A stretch of DNA of 63,619 nt, filler included, from Choristocarpus tenellus KU-1152 (taxonomy: Eukaryota; Protista; Phaeophyceae): the NCBI GenBank assembly GCA_964200185.2. It is 10 parts of 10 records of this genome, joined end to end, with 100 filler letters (N's around TTAATTAATTAA, not from the genome) between each part and the next. Parts side by side here need not be neighbours in the genome. Positions count along the whole stretch, not along the records: positions 1 to 14,456 come from CAXNAD020001184.1; 9 more parts are not named here. One strand, 5' to 3'. Shown in pieces: positions 1 through 11,924 of this stretch (the stretch's first letter is position 1; each line of letters begins with the position of its first letter). A model generated the notes under the pieces. It worked only from the letters and a program-made list of their open reading frames with translations. It was not told where the DNA came from and did not search any database. Made by a program: the position numbers and the translations under genes.

Positions 1-390
1 CTCCCCCCCAGATACTTTGAGCCATCCATGTATTTGTTTGTGTACGTTAGTATCCTCATCTAGCACACGCTTGCAAGGACTCAGCTCATAGAGTCCAACT
101 CTTTGTTGCATTTTCTTTTTTCATTGCCTGGGATTCACTGACTTTTTTTTTTCTCCTGGTATGCGTCCAAATGTTCGAAAAGATTGTGTTCTAAAAATCA
201 CGTTGAAAACGCCGCAGTTGCTGACTTTCTTTTCAGTTTTGACAAATAGTTTTTTTCTTGACATGGCTGAACTTTTCTGATGAAACCTGTTGGGGTGGTG
301 GATGTTTGTTCTCTGTGCTGTGCAAGGTGGGTACGGAACTTCCTTCTCAAAAATCTCTTCCTCGAAATTTCGATGGTGGTTTCTTTTTTG

Positions 391-649
391 GAGTCAAAGT
401 ATCTTAGAGGGTAGAGCTGTGTCCATTTGGGGACCAAAATACGATGTTGCAATTTTGATGTAATTTTGACTATCGTGTTTGTTAGGAGATGTCAATATCC
501 TTCTTCCCAACACACCTTTTCATAACGTATATATTTTATCTACTCCGGAACATTTTGGAGTAGGTGGAATGTCAGTAAAAACCCGTGGGAAGCAAAGCAC
601 CAAATGGACAAACAGGGCAAAACACGTATCCTCTAAGATACTGTCACTC
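391..649 (+). mobile_element. MITE family A, full copy, TSD TTG
   Basis: TIRs gagtcaaagtatcttagagggta / tatcctctaagatactgtcactc, flanked by ttg on both sides. Same family as the copies at 20504 and 38471. Confidence 0.88.
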
Positions 650-1649
650 TTGTTGTACTCGGAGCGATCAAGCATCGAGAAAAACATAGCTTGTAGGGGA
701 GTGGCACAACCTGTATGTAAAACAAGCATCTCAGTGCTCTACAGGACCTTGTTCATTGATGCATATGGTGTATCCCGTTTACAGTGTTCTGTTGAATCTC
801 TATGTAATAGTGGTATTGATAATGTGTACACTTGGTACTATTGTTTTTACAGGTATCTACAGTACCTACTATAACCCAAACGAAAAAACAACACCATCCA
901 TGGAATGGGGTAGATCAAGAAGTCTGTGAACTGCTACAATGTAACAATAAGGATCACAGTGTGATGTAGCTCTATAGCTGTGTTCTGAAGCTCTATGTCC
1001 CACACCCTCAGGATGTGCTCTACACTTAATAAAAAGAACAACTTGTTTTGGTGCGTACAGAATTGCAAACAACAAAACTGATGCATATGGTACAACTTGA
1101 AACATGCAGCGCAGCTAGTTCAACTACATCAATAGTATCATATTAACACCATACCTCCTGGACACAATATAATCTATTCCTCATGGATTGGAGCCTTTAT
1201 ATTTCCTCAAGTTTCGCCTGATATCCCAAACTTATTAAGATAAGATTACCAAACATAAATCCCGATTTTGCTGTTACAAACATCTTTGGCACAGGGATGG
1301 TGGTCGTTCATCCCCACTGTTTTGAAGGATACATTCGGCAAGGAATCGCCTCACCTGGAAAAAACTGTTCCTTTCTCGGTAGGGCAATTGCTTGCTGGTC
1401 CCAACCTGTCTTCTTCACACCCTCCTCTTGCCCCTTTTGTACCCATCATTATCTAAAGTTAATCGTTCATGGGTTGCTTAAAGGGACGACACTCAGACTT
1501 AGCATGTGAAAAACTTGAGTGCGCGACTTGCAACATTTGAACCAGTGTTGGCTTTCACCCATGAGCCCCCTACGAGAGAAATATACCTTGGGAGAATGCT
1601 GTGTTCTGACCTTTTTTTGTGACGCAAGACCTGGAGATATCTTCACTCG

Positions 1650-2790
1650 TTACACTGTCTCCTCCATATATATATATCTATACTTCAATACTTCCAGTAT
1701 TAGCGACTGCAATGTATTCCTAATTCATCACGTCAACGTCTATCTTTAACCCTTGCGACACAGGATCTAAACTTCACAGATTTATGGGGGGACAGAGGCG
1801 TGAACAAACTTGGTCCAGACTACCTCACAATAGAACTTTGCAGGAATATACCGTCTGAATACTAGGTCTTCAAAGGAAGTGGGTGGAACTCGCTCTTTCA
1901 CAAAGGACGATATTGCTGGTTGAGTTGGAGGGTGGAAATCCTCAGCAGCATCACTATCCATCTAACTTAAGCAATGTTTTTCAAATTTCTATTTTCATCC
2001 CTTCCTACATTGAACGACTTTGATTACGATCTGGAGTACGATTGTACGACCTGTTGCTGCTATTCCCACTTCCACTTGACTCTGAATTACGGTTGTCTCA
2101 CCCTGTCTACCGAGTCCTGCCTGCGCTTTCTCGCTCGTGGTGTAAGGGCCTCTAATATATCGTGCCCTGTTAAAGGGTTGGAGAGGCGATGTAATGCGCT
2201 CATAGATGCCGGTTTTCTCATCCGAGGCATAGTCTTGTATCGGTCCTTGTGGAGAGACATGTGGAAGGGGACATACGTTGATCATGGTACATCCTTAGGA
2301 CTGGACTCATCACTCTTCATAAGTCGGAGATTACCAGTTCAGTTCACCTTCCGCAATGAATTTTACTGGGTATCAAACACTGGGAACGACAGGCCTTTAC
2401 CACCTTCAATACGTGCATCCCAGGATCCTGTCGAGGACGAATGATGTATGCTTCGTCTCGTTTCAAGGTGTTAGGTTCTACTCGCGATTCCATTTCAATG
2501 CCTGCGGCTCTCATCACTTCTCGATATCGTCTCTGCTTGTCTCCACGTCGTGGGATGCGATCCAACAGACTGCGAAGCGGTGGTGAGACCTCTGACCCGA
2601 TGCCCTCTGGCTCCTTCACTAAGATCGTCGTACCCCCAAGAGCAGACACAGATTTCGAGCCATATCGAGGGCCAAGGCCACACCCTACTTCTTGCGTCTC
2701 CAAAGTCTGAGAACATCCACAGATTTGACACGATGTTTGGAACGCATTCCCTTGAGGTTTCGGATACCCACACAAGCTACATGCGACCAT
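1650..2790 (-). CDS. Hypothetical spliced gene with N-terminal CxxC...CxxC (zinc-ribbon-like) motif; tentative exons 2790-2401, 2245-2102, 1961-1824, 1706-1650
   Basis: ORF begins MVACSLCGYPKPQGNAFQTSCQICGC. Downstream open segments join in phase 0 through GT/AG sites (gtaaag, gtgaga, gtagtc). It lies divergent from RPS19. The last exon is uncertain and no family was recognised. Confidence 0.45.
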
Positions 2791-3473
2791 GGCTCAAAGG
2801 CCTCAGACAAAGGTACGAACCTGATAAAATTGAGAGGCAAATACGTTTCGGAAGGTTTGGTAATATTTTTGATGGTGTAATAAACAACTGATATACATTT
2901 GAAGACCGTATATTATTTGAAAGTTATTTTCGCACTCTTAAATGTCATGTTTCCACTCTCACATCATACAGGACGTTCGGTCGGACGGTTGATATTCTCT
3001 TATTCAGACCGCCGTCCATCCTACACAGGCTTGTGAACCACCCAAGAAAGACCCAGTCAATCACGCCAGAGCCAGCTGGTGCAAGGAGCAGGTGAGGTGA
3101 TGTATAGGCAAAGTTAAATATGCGTGTGTTGGTGTGGACGCATTGGAAATCGATGTGGTGGGAGATGGCTGTGCATGGATGGAGCAGGGGAAGGGTTTGG
3201 TTATCGGAGAGGGTTTGGGAGGGCGGTCAACTCTTTCACTGGTGCAGGCTTGCGCCGTCGTTGCTTCCCGGTCTGATCTCCTCGATTCAATTGAATTTTT
3301 GGTCCCGCTTTTCTTGGGAGTGCTTGTCAAATCCTACCCAAGACTCATGTTGAATCCCCTCGATGACCCTGTCTTACGCATTTAGCTGAACTTTCCTCCA
3401 CTTATGTGTGTCGTCTCACTCTGGCATACTTTTGGCGTCTTCCTGTTCAGTTAGCTGCCCCTCCCCTAGAATT

Positions 3474-6380
3474 ATGGCGGACTACGAGCCCCGTGGCATC
3501 ACTGTGCGTGATGTCGCTCCTGCAGACTTTATCAAGGCTTACGCAGATCACCTCAAGAACACGGGTAGGGTAGAACTCCCCTCGTGGTGCGATCTCGTCA
3601 AGACCGCACCTCACAAGGAGATGTGCCCGTTCGACCCAGACTGGTATTACATCCGTGCTGGTAAGTAGAGCTAGAAAGGAAGAAAATATAGAATGACAAC
3701 TGCTTGCATTGAGTAGAGGTAGTCAATTTTTGATCCTTACCAAACTTTATTATTTCGATTGATTTGTGGTGTTGCTTATCTTCTAGGTATTGATCTTCGG
3801 ACCAAATATGATCTATCGTACGTTGTTAGTGAGCCCGGATTTTGAGTGTGAGCTACATAGGAATGTACCGTTTTCAAGTGTGGGAAAGGTTGACGCACAC
3901 ACAAATTGTGATCTCACCGCGTGAACTGGTAGCTCCAATGGTACTTCATGATCAGGTCGTAGTCGCAGATAAAACATTGCTGATACCCGAGGTCCCAGGC
4001 AAGGTATTTGGTGAATACATGCCCTCATCCTAATAATTCCCCACTATGAAGCTCGGGTATTATCAATATTGAAACAGGTTTGAACAATGGGGTTTACTAA
4101 GCGTCAGTGCTACATATTGGTGTGCTTCCCATTGCAGTGAACTATGTTGGGGAGGTTTCTGATGAAAGACTTACGTTCTATTGTATTTAATAAAGTTGTA
4201 AAGTTTTGCGAAAGTGTAGTGGGTGCAGTAAGTTGTCACATTTCTGCTACCTGTTGCCCACGCAATCATCATGAGTCGCATGCAATGCATGGTGACCCTA
4301 TGTTGACTCTGCTTAATTCATTTTCTACAGTGTGAAAACAAACTAGAAACCTTGATGAGGGTGGGGACAGGGAGGGGGGAAAAGTGTGTTGTGTACTGCA
4401 GCCCTATCTCCTTTATGGTCCATCTCTCCCATTGTCATTTGCTTACTTGTGACTTTCTGTTCCCGTTTTTCTTCATTCTTTTCTCTCTATTTTCACAAGC
4501 CGCCATTGCTCGCAAGGTGTACCTTAGGCCAGGTCGCGGTGTGGGGGGACTGAGCAAGGCGTTTGGGACAAAGGCACGTCGTGGGGCCATGACCAATGTC
4601 CACAAACCAGCGTCCTCAGGCATCATTCGCCACATCCTTCAGCAGCTTGAAACCCTTAAGGTGATCGGAACATGACAATTTTCCCAAACTACTCTCATAA
4701 GTATATCATTCGTGAGCGCTGTCATGGGTGTGGCAATCATGTCATGTCTGACTTTCCTACGTCCATGTTCCTATGTATTTGTAGCTTGTGTGTTACACCC
4801 CTAAGAACTACATTCTCAGGTAGTGCAGTTCTTGAAAGTTGATGTACTTCACATTGTTGTTCATTTTTTCTTAATCTGGGCAATGATTTGCAATATATCT
4901 ATACTAGGAAAATAGCCAAAAACTTCAACATCATCGACATGTTCGAAATACAGAAGCAACATTAATTTTTCTTTTATCCATGCTTCTATTTTTCTGTGCC
5001 TTCTGTGTGAGAGACGATGTGCGCGGAACATTGAAGTGAAATGTTTTTCGTCAAGTTTTGCCAAAAGCAAGAACTTCAGGGATTACGCACACTGTACACA
5101 CATTATGTTCTCATTCCAATAGACAAGTCATTTATTGCAATGACTGGGTTTCGTGTATTTATACATGAAAATACATACACAGTTCTTTTCTGGTTGCATG
5201 GTATAATATGTAGTGACTATTTGTTTCTGAGATGACTTGAGTTGGATTGCCGAGGCACAGAGGTTCATAGAATGACCTTGATGTTACGTAGTGTGATACC
5301 CTTTGTTGAAAAAAGGCTACTTATCTTTGGGAAGGTGGTATTTTGTTCGTGCAATATGTGGCAAGAAGCTGATAAAACATACAAGAGCTTGAATTTTGAA
5401 TTGTTGCCACTGCTAGAGATCTATATTTTTTTGCGATGTGGGAAAGGGAGAGCAGATGCGTTAAATGTTAAAACCAGGTGTAGGAGTATTTTAGCCTTGG
5501 ATGGTGTTTTGTGATATGAGGGTGTGAAAGGAAACTTGATTATCGACTCTCTTTCATGCTGTCAAAAGTTGATTTTAGTTGTGAACTTGGCTGGAGGATG
5601 CAAATCATAGTGGTAGTGCAGGGGTATTGGGTATGTTTGGTCAGGGGGGGAGAGAAGAGAAAGGAACAGAGTGGTTTTTCGTGCTGTATGATTTTAGCGC
5701 GTTTGTCTTGAACTTGGTTGTATTTGATGGTACCCAAGGATCTATGTTGTGATTCTCTTGATTTAGGGGGTATGCTGTCTGGTGAACAATACCAGTTTTC
5801 TACCACGCAGTTATGTGTGAACAATCAAAGAGGTAGTAGATATGGGCCCTACACGTTAAGCACAACTATCATAGTACTGTTTGATTTTTCTGTTAGTTTT
5901 AGGTCCATGTTTGTACAGACTAGAGAACCGCTGCATGTGCTTGATAATGGAGTATGATGAAAGGTTGTGATTGGTGCACAAATCTACCGCTCTTACAGTG
6001 TTACTGCCTTTCTCCTACACCCAATCACCACTCGTCAGGTCACTCGAAATACAACTTGAGAAGAATTTCTGCCATGTTTTTACACTTTTTTGCTTGACTG
6101 GAGATGCATCTTACATCTACACTGACCTGATGCAGCTCTAGGCTCGGATTTTTTTAGTCCCTCACATCTTTTCTACATGCTCGTGCCTGTCCTCCAACGA
6201 CCAATTTTTCCGTCCACTTCTCAAGTTCGTAACTGATTGTTTTGAATCCTCGATTCATTGCCCCGGAATGCACCCTTGCAGGTCGTGGAGAAGGTTGGTA
6301 ATGGGGGACGTCAGGTCACACGTGTGGGTCAGCAGGATCTGGACCGTATTGCAGGGGCTGTTGTGCGTGGTGATGACTAG
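3474..6380 (+). CDS. RPS19: 40S ribosomal protein S19 (eS19), exons 3474-3660, 4500-4660, 6282-6380; 148 aa
   Basis: Spliced product reads [28 protein letters not shown]...[26 protein letters not shown]...[38 protein letters not shown], with the eS19 motifs. Introns are GT-AG with matching phases. There is a probable 5'-UTR intron at 3092-3450. Confidence 0.97.
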
Positions 6381-9196
6381 ATTATTATACCTACCAAGGG
6401 CAGGGAGTGAGTGAAGGAGGGATGCTGAAGTGCCACTTGCTTGATGTCGTCCACCACCATGTGTGGTTTAGGAGGAGTTGTGAGTGGCCTCCTACCGCCA
6501 TTTTTTGGTTAGGAAAGCATCATCAAATAATAATATTAAATCTGGCTTGATAAAACATTGTACCGGCTACTGGTTACGATGAGCTGTTGAAAATATATAT
6601 ATATATATATATATATATTTTAATCATTACAAGGTGATATTTATTGAATGTTGCTGTTGGTTCACTTCAACCGAAGAGGAGCGCTCAGGTGTGTATTAAT
6701 AATGGTTTGTTGGAGAGGTTTTGTGCTGCTGGTGTACGTGGGGTTATTTTAATGTGTTACGAGGTAAGGTCGGGAGATTTTGTGTGTTTGTTGAGAAAAA
6801 ATGAGGCAGTGGGCTGGAATGATCTTTTCAAACAGTAAATGGTCTCTTGTATTGCCAGCCAAGACCAGTCTTTAATTTTGTTGCTTTTAAGTTTGGGCCC
6901 ATTGCACTCTCTTGCATGGAAATTTGTCAAATCCTCTGGCGAATCTCCGTGAATACTTAGCAGCAACTGCCTGCTTGGATTATGTGTGTTTTGTAAGCAA
7001 TATGATGCGGGCGTCAAGACCTGGCAGGTGAGATGGATGATGTACTACTGAAAGAAGCATTTTGTAATCATGCATTGCACCAAGCATGTTGTACATAACT
7101 AGGTTGAGGAAGTTACATTGTGAATATTTCCTACATTTGGTTTTCACTGTAATTTTATTTGCATGTATAATTTTTTTTTGGATTTTTCGGATGAGATCAC
7201 CTGGCAAGGTGAATGAAAGGTAGACAACTATATTTTTACTTCACACAAAAAACAAATGACATCAACTAATTGAATCAAATCTACAAACTTTATTTGAAAA
7301 TATAGTTCTATCGATGATTTTCATACTATCAATATTCACAAAAGGCATGACATCAATCTGCAGATGACAGAATCCGCAATTTGACTACAGAGCATCACCT
7401 CCACTGTGGGAGTTACAGTAAGAATGGGTCTAGAACTGGAATGTAAGGTTGAGGTTTAGACAGTGGCTCGGATTGTGTGTGAGAGAAACTAATGACAGCT
7501 TAGGAGTCTTACCTTACTATATTATAATCATACACCTTGTACAACAACCTGTCAACAACCCCATACTTGTTGACACATTTACTGATTTCTCAGGAGAATC
7601 AGCAACCCACCATGTTTTGGAGTCCTATTATCAGCATTGGTGTGGAAGTGAGAACATTTGTGTCGACAACTGTCACTGCTCTTGGCTGTTGTATTCTGTT
7701 CTTGTCTTCACCAAAGTAGGACGATGCTATTGCATCTAGGGTTGGTACTCGATTTAGATTTTGAATTAAAAAAACTTCATCCAGTAGTGGAGAGAAAAGA
7801 TCAGACATAAGGGAGTCAGGTAGTTTGCCTCAATATCTGCATCACCACCTACCTAGGTATCACATGTCGAAGCATCCATGCTATGAATATCTGAAGATTA
7901 ATGGAGTTGTCAACTCAAACAACTCAGTTTTCGTACCTCAGTTAAATGAGGTCAGTGGGGTAAGTAAGTAACCCAACCCAATGACTTCATCTCCTGCATT
8001 GTGAGCAGAACAACACCCAGACAAGTCAGGGTATTGTGACCTTCCTCCCTGTGGAGGGCATCAAATTAATCAAGAATGTCACAAAATTAGTAAACATACA
8101 ACCCAGGTTTATCAATGATTGTAGGAAAAGGGCTTGCAGACTGCCATTGGTGATTGAGAAGACATAATTGCAAGGTGTATACACTGGAGTCTGTAGTGCA
8201 GAGGTTTGAATGGAACAGATTTAAGAGTTGAGTTCATAAACTAAATTTGTCAAAAAGTATGTGTGTAGTACTACCATAAATGTTTGCAAATAGAGTTGAA
8301 ACTATAGTATACAAAGCAAGAGGCATCACAAGGAAATTTCAGCAGAGGAGTGTGCAACGCACACACACACACATGTATCTATATATTTACACATTCCAAA
8401 GAAAAGGACTAATTAAATGAACCTGAATTCCATGCCGACTGTTCTGCAATCACTTGGATTGTAACAATTCTGTCAATACAATTAACAGAACTGTTAATTA
8501 CTGGCTTCACCCTCTGTCGGATCAATCACCCACCAGCTGTATGATGTGACGGCTTTTGTACGAGTGTATATTTCAAGGTTGCTACAACCTACTTGATGTG
8601 ACAGTATGGGATGTACCTTTGAGCGCCAAGAATGAGTTACAAATTAACTCCGACTATCGGATGTACTTACACCTTCCAACAGAGCAAACCATTACCCAGG
8701 AGTACCCCCCAAAAATACATTGTTTTTATCTGTAATATTAACACTATATTGTACTGCACAGTAGTAGTGACCAGGAATAGCCAACGGAAATGTACATTAA
8801 AAAGGAAATATGTTTGCAAAAAAATACCTGACAATGCCGTCCATACAACAAAATCCACTGGTGGATTGGCTCATTGGACACACCCATCTAGTAGAAAGAC
8901 CAATCAGGTTAATTCTACGTACCGGAGGCTGCAACCTACACAGGCATATATAGAGACTATCATTATCCCCTGGGAATGTGTTTTGTTGGTTGTACAGCCT
9001 GGACACTCTCACATCATGCACGGCACCTATACTTCGATTTCTCATCAATACAATACCGTGACCTACTGGATACTTGGAGTACTATTTAGTGTAAGAGCAT
9101 GAGTACTGATCCATCTCAGTAACAAATATGTGCATCTCTCCATGGGTGGGGCAAGGTAGCGGTAAACACAAAGCACACAAGCATGTCTCTTTGTTT

Positions 9197-11723
9197 TCAG
9201 GGCCTCACAGGTCGCCGTCTAATCTCCCACAACTCCATTGCATCACTCCTGGAGTAGTGAAAACACTGTTCAAAGTCCAGGGGGAGTCGACGGCCTTCAA
9301 AGGCATGGTCACCCCCAAATCCGTTACCTTTGGCACAACAACCACCCTCCAGTTTTTCACTCTTGTCAATGATGCATCCCCTCCTGAGGGCAGTGCCACA
9401 TGCTGCGTCCGTCTCATTCTGTATATTGACACGGTATAGCAGGTCGGATTCCAGGACGAAAGTGCTCTCCAATTGAGAACAAGGCAAATATTTCTAATGG
9501 ACATTGTTGTCATGCTGTCTTGCAATCATAGAGGCTCACACTACTCACCGCTGAGAGATTAGTGATGTCACACACATTGCGTAGGAATGCCTTGTATCCC
9601 GTGGCAGTTACAGATAGCTCTTTGAGGGTGAAGTTGAACCGTTTTTCAAGAGCCAGAAAGAGCACAGGTCCTTCTTCACCACTGTCTACATTTCTCATTT
9701 CTCCCAGCGCCGGCACCGGATTCTGATGATCATCTGTCCTGCTGCTTGCAAGCAGGCACACCTCCCTGTTCGTAGTAGTAGTGCTCATATCGATACTTCC
9801 CTCCAAGGTTGTATTGTTGTCTGCCATATGGTGAATACATCCTGCTGGAGAAGGAGGGCGCCTGCAGACAAAAGGGTGGTCTTGAATCTGCACCTCAGTG
9901 TGACCCACAGGCTTTTGTTTAGTTTCACTACAATACTGGAACTTTCCTTTCTCCATGCTATCACAACAAGAAGTTAAAACAATGGCAGGTGGCGAGGGCA
10001 TTGGACACGGTGGAGGCATGAGCTTCCTCAGGACTTGAAATAATGCCTCTGTGAGCTCTTCATCATAGATGACATCACTTGCCAGGAGGACAAGCCCTCT
10101 ACCTCCATCACTAGACTTGGCTCGCCCTGTCCCTGATAGCAAGTCCTCAAGCTCATTGGGTCGCCAGTCGAATCGCAAGGCAGCAATGCTGTCCCTGGAT
10201 TTTGGGTTAGTGGGCACAGGGGATGGACCACAGGTGCCCCCGCATCCACTTTCCTCTTTGGCACGTGCTTGCTGCTCGTCAGTGTTCACCACCATGGCAT
10301 CATTCCCAACTGCATTGAGTGTATTGGAAGGGCATACCACCAATGTGTTCGAACACTGGGGAGCATCCCACTCTGAACTCAACCAATCCAATCGTCGGAT
10401 CAAGGCAATTGGTCCGTCAGCTCCCCACGCTTCATTATCCAAACAGGAGCAATCATGAATCCTTGGTCTGCCAAGTAGACTCCCTTTATCGTGGTGGTGT
10501 TTTTGGAGCTGCTTTCCAAACTTGGTGTTGCAGTCAAGTTTTTCTGCATAGAGGTGACGATTTGCCTCTGCATTTCGGGTCAACAGTTCCAATACCTGGA
10601 CATACATGAAGCAGCACACTAGAACAACTCAAGATGGTTGTTTACGGGGGCTTGAACAGCGAGACATGTCCTACCTAGCCCTGGGTTTGCTGACCTAACC
10701 CATACCCGACTCCAGAGGGCTTTCTTCCCTGTGCTTTCTCACATGTATGACAGAAAGCAAAAATCATAGTACATGGACTAGAACTATAGCAAAACAGGCA
10801 GGAAAAGAGATACTTCCAACGACAAGCAAAAGTAGGGGCAGAGGTATTTGTAGGACTGGCCTTGACAAGAGAGGTTCGATCCACTCCATGAGTCCAAGAC
10901 AGGGATAATAGGTTTCGAACACCTTATGCAAGGGTCAGCGCCCTGAAGCATTGTAAGGGAGTAAATTGTAGACCTTGTCATGGTAGTCTGTCAAGAAGCA
11001 CCTGGCAGTCACCCGAGATGCAATAAGCCCAGGCAGCCCTGGTCCTGCCCCCAGTTCAATTGCCTGCAAGAATAGACAAGGCAGGATCACGTTCAATACT
11101 ACTTCAAAACAATAATCATTACTGACCTGCTTAAACTATGGGAAAACTTTACGTATATATTGATTTAGGGGTAATAGAGGAGTATCTCTTTGGCAACAGA
11201 GTTGAGAATGTATGCACCTGCATATTCCATTCTGTACATTATAGGACATTCATATTGAATTGGAGTAATCATCCCTCGTCTAGGATAATATGTACTACTT
11301 CTTACATAACGGAGAAAATATTGGCACCTGGCGTCCACGAAATCTAGATTTATGTGTGAGGATGAAGTCTCCCAGCAGGAAGGCAGCAGACCAGACCTGT
11401 CGCCCCACAAGGCTCAAAGGCGTGGCCAAGCTGTGAACCAAAGTCAAGACCTCGTGGTGCGTTCTGGAACGTTGTAAGAATGGAAGCTGTGAACCCCGCC
11501 TCCTCTTCTTGCGCTGTATAATGGGATCTTGATTGTCGGATTCTCGTCCCTCCATCTCAGGATCATTGTCCTCCTCACTGGATGTTATCTCATCTTGATA
11601 GGAAGGATCGATGAACTGGTAACGCGATACTACTTCTTGATCTACACCTTCATGTGATACTCCTCGTACAACTGTATCACCCTTCTCGCCAATGTGAACC
11701 TCGCTCAGGACCAAGCGCTCCAT
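9197..11723 (-). CDS. METTL22: METTL22-like class I SAM-dependent protein-lysine methyltransferase (Methyltransf_16), exons 11723-11328, 11063-10974, 10595-9549, 9418-9197
   Basis: Motifs seen: VLSEVH, HSLATPLSLVGRQVWSAAFLLGDFIL, motif I AIELGAGPGLPG, CFLTDY, RRLDW, LLASDVIYDEELT, LALEKRFNFT and C-terminal FEQCFHYSRSDAMELWEI. All three introns are phase 0 GT-AG. Confidence 0.88.
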
Positions 11724-11924
11724 AATTGTTTTTGTAGCAGGAACCTACACATCTTCAGCAGTATCCCAATAACGATGAGTTGATGATAAACTCTTCACGC
11801 CACAGGGCCTCATGTAGCGCTACGAAAGGTGCAAGAAAAAGGATAGTAGTCGAGGTGTTGAAGAACCTGTCTTCATCTCGCCTTGGAGCAGTGTGGTTCG
11901 CGACTACTCCCGTGTGGACCTAAA
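11724..11924. promoter_or_regulatory. Probable compact bidirectional promoter between METTL22-like and GT8 genes
   Basis: Head-to-head ATGs at 11723 (-) and 11925 (+) are about 200 bp apart. Inferred from gene geometry only. Confidence 0.5.
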
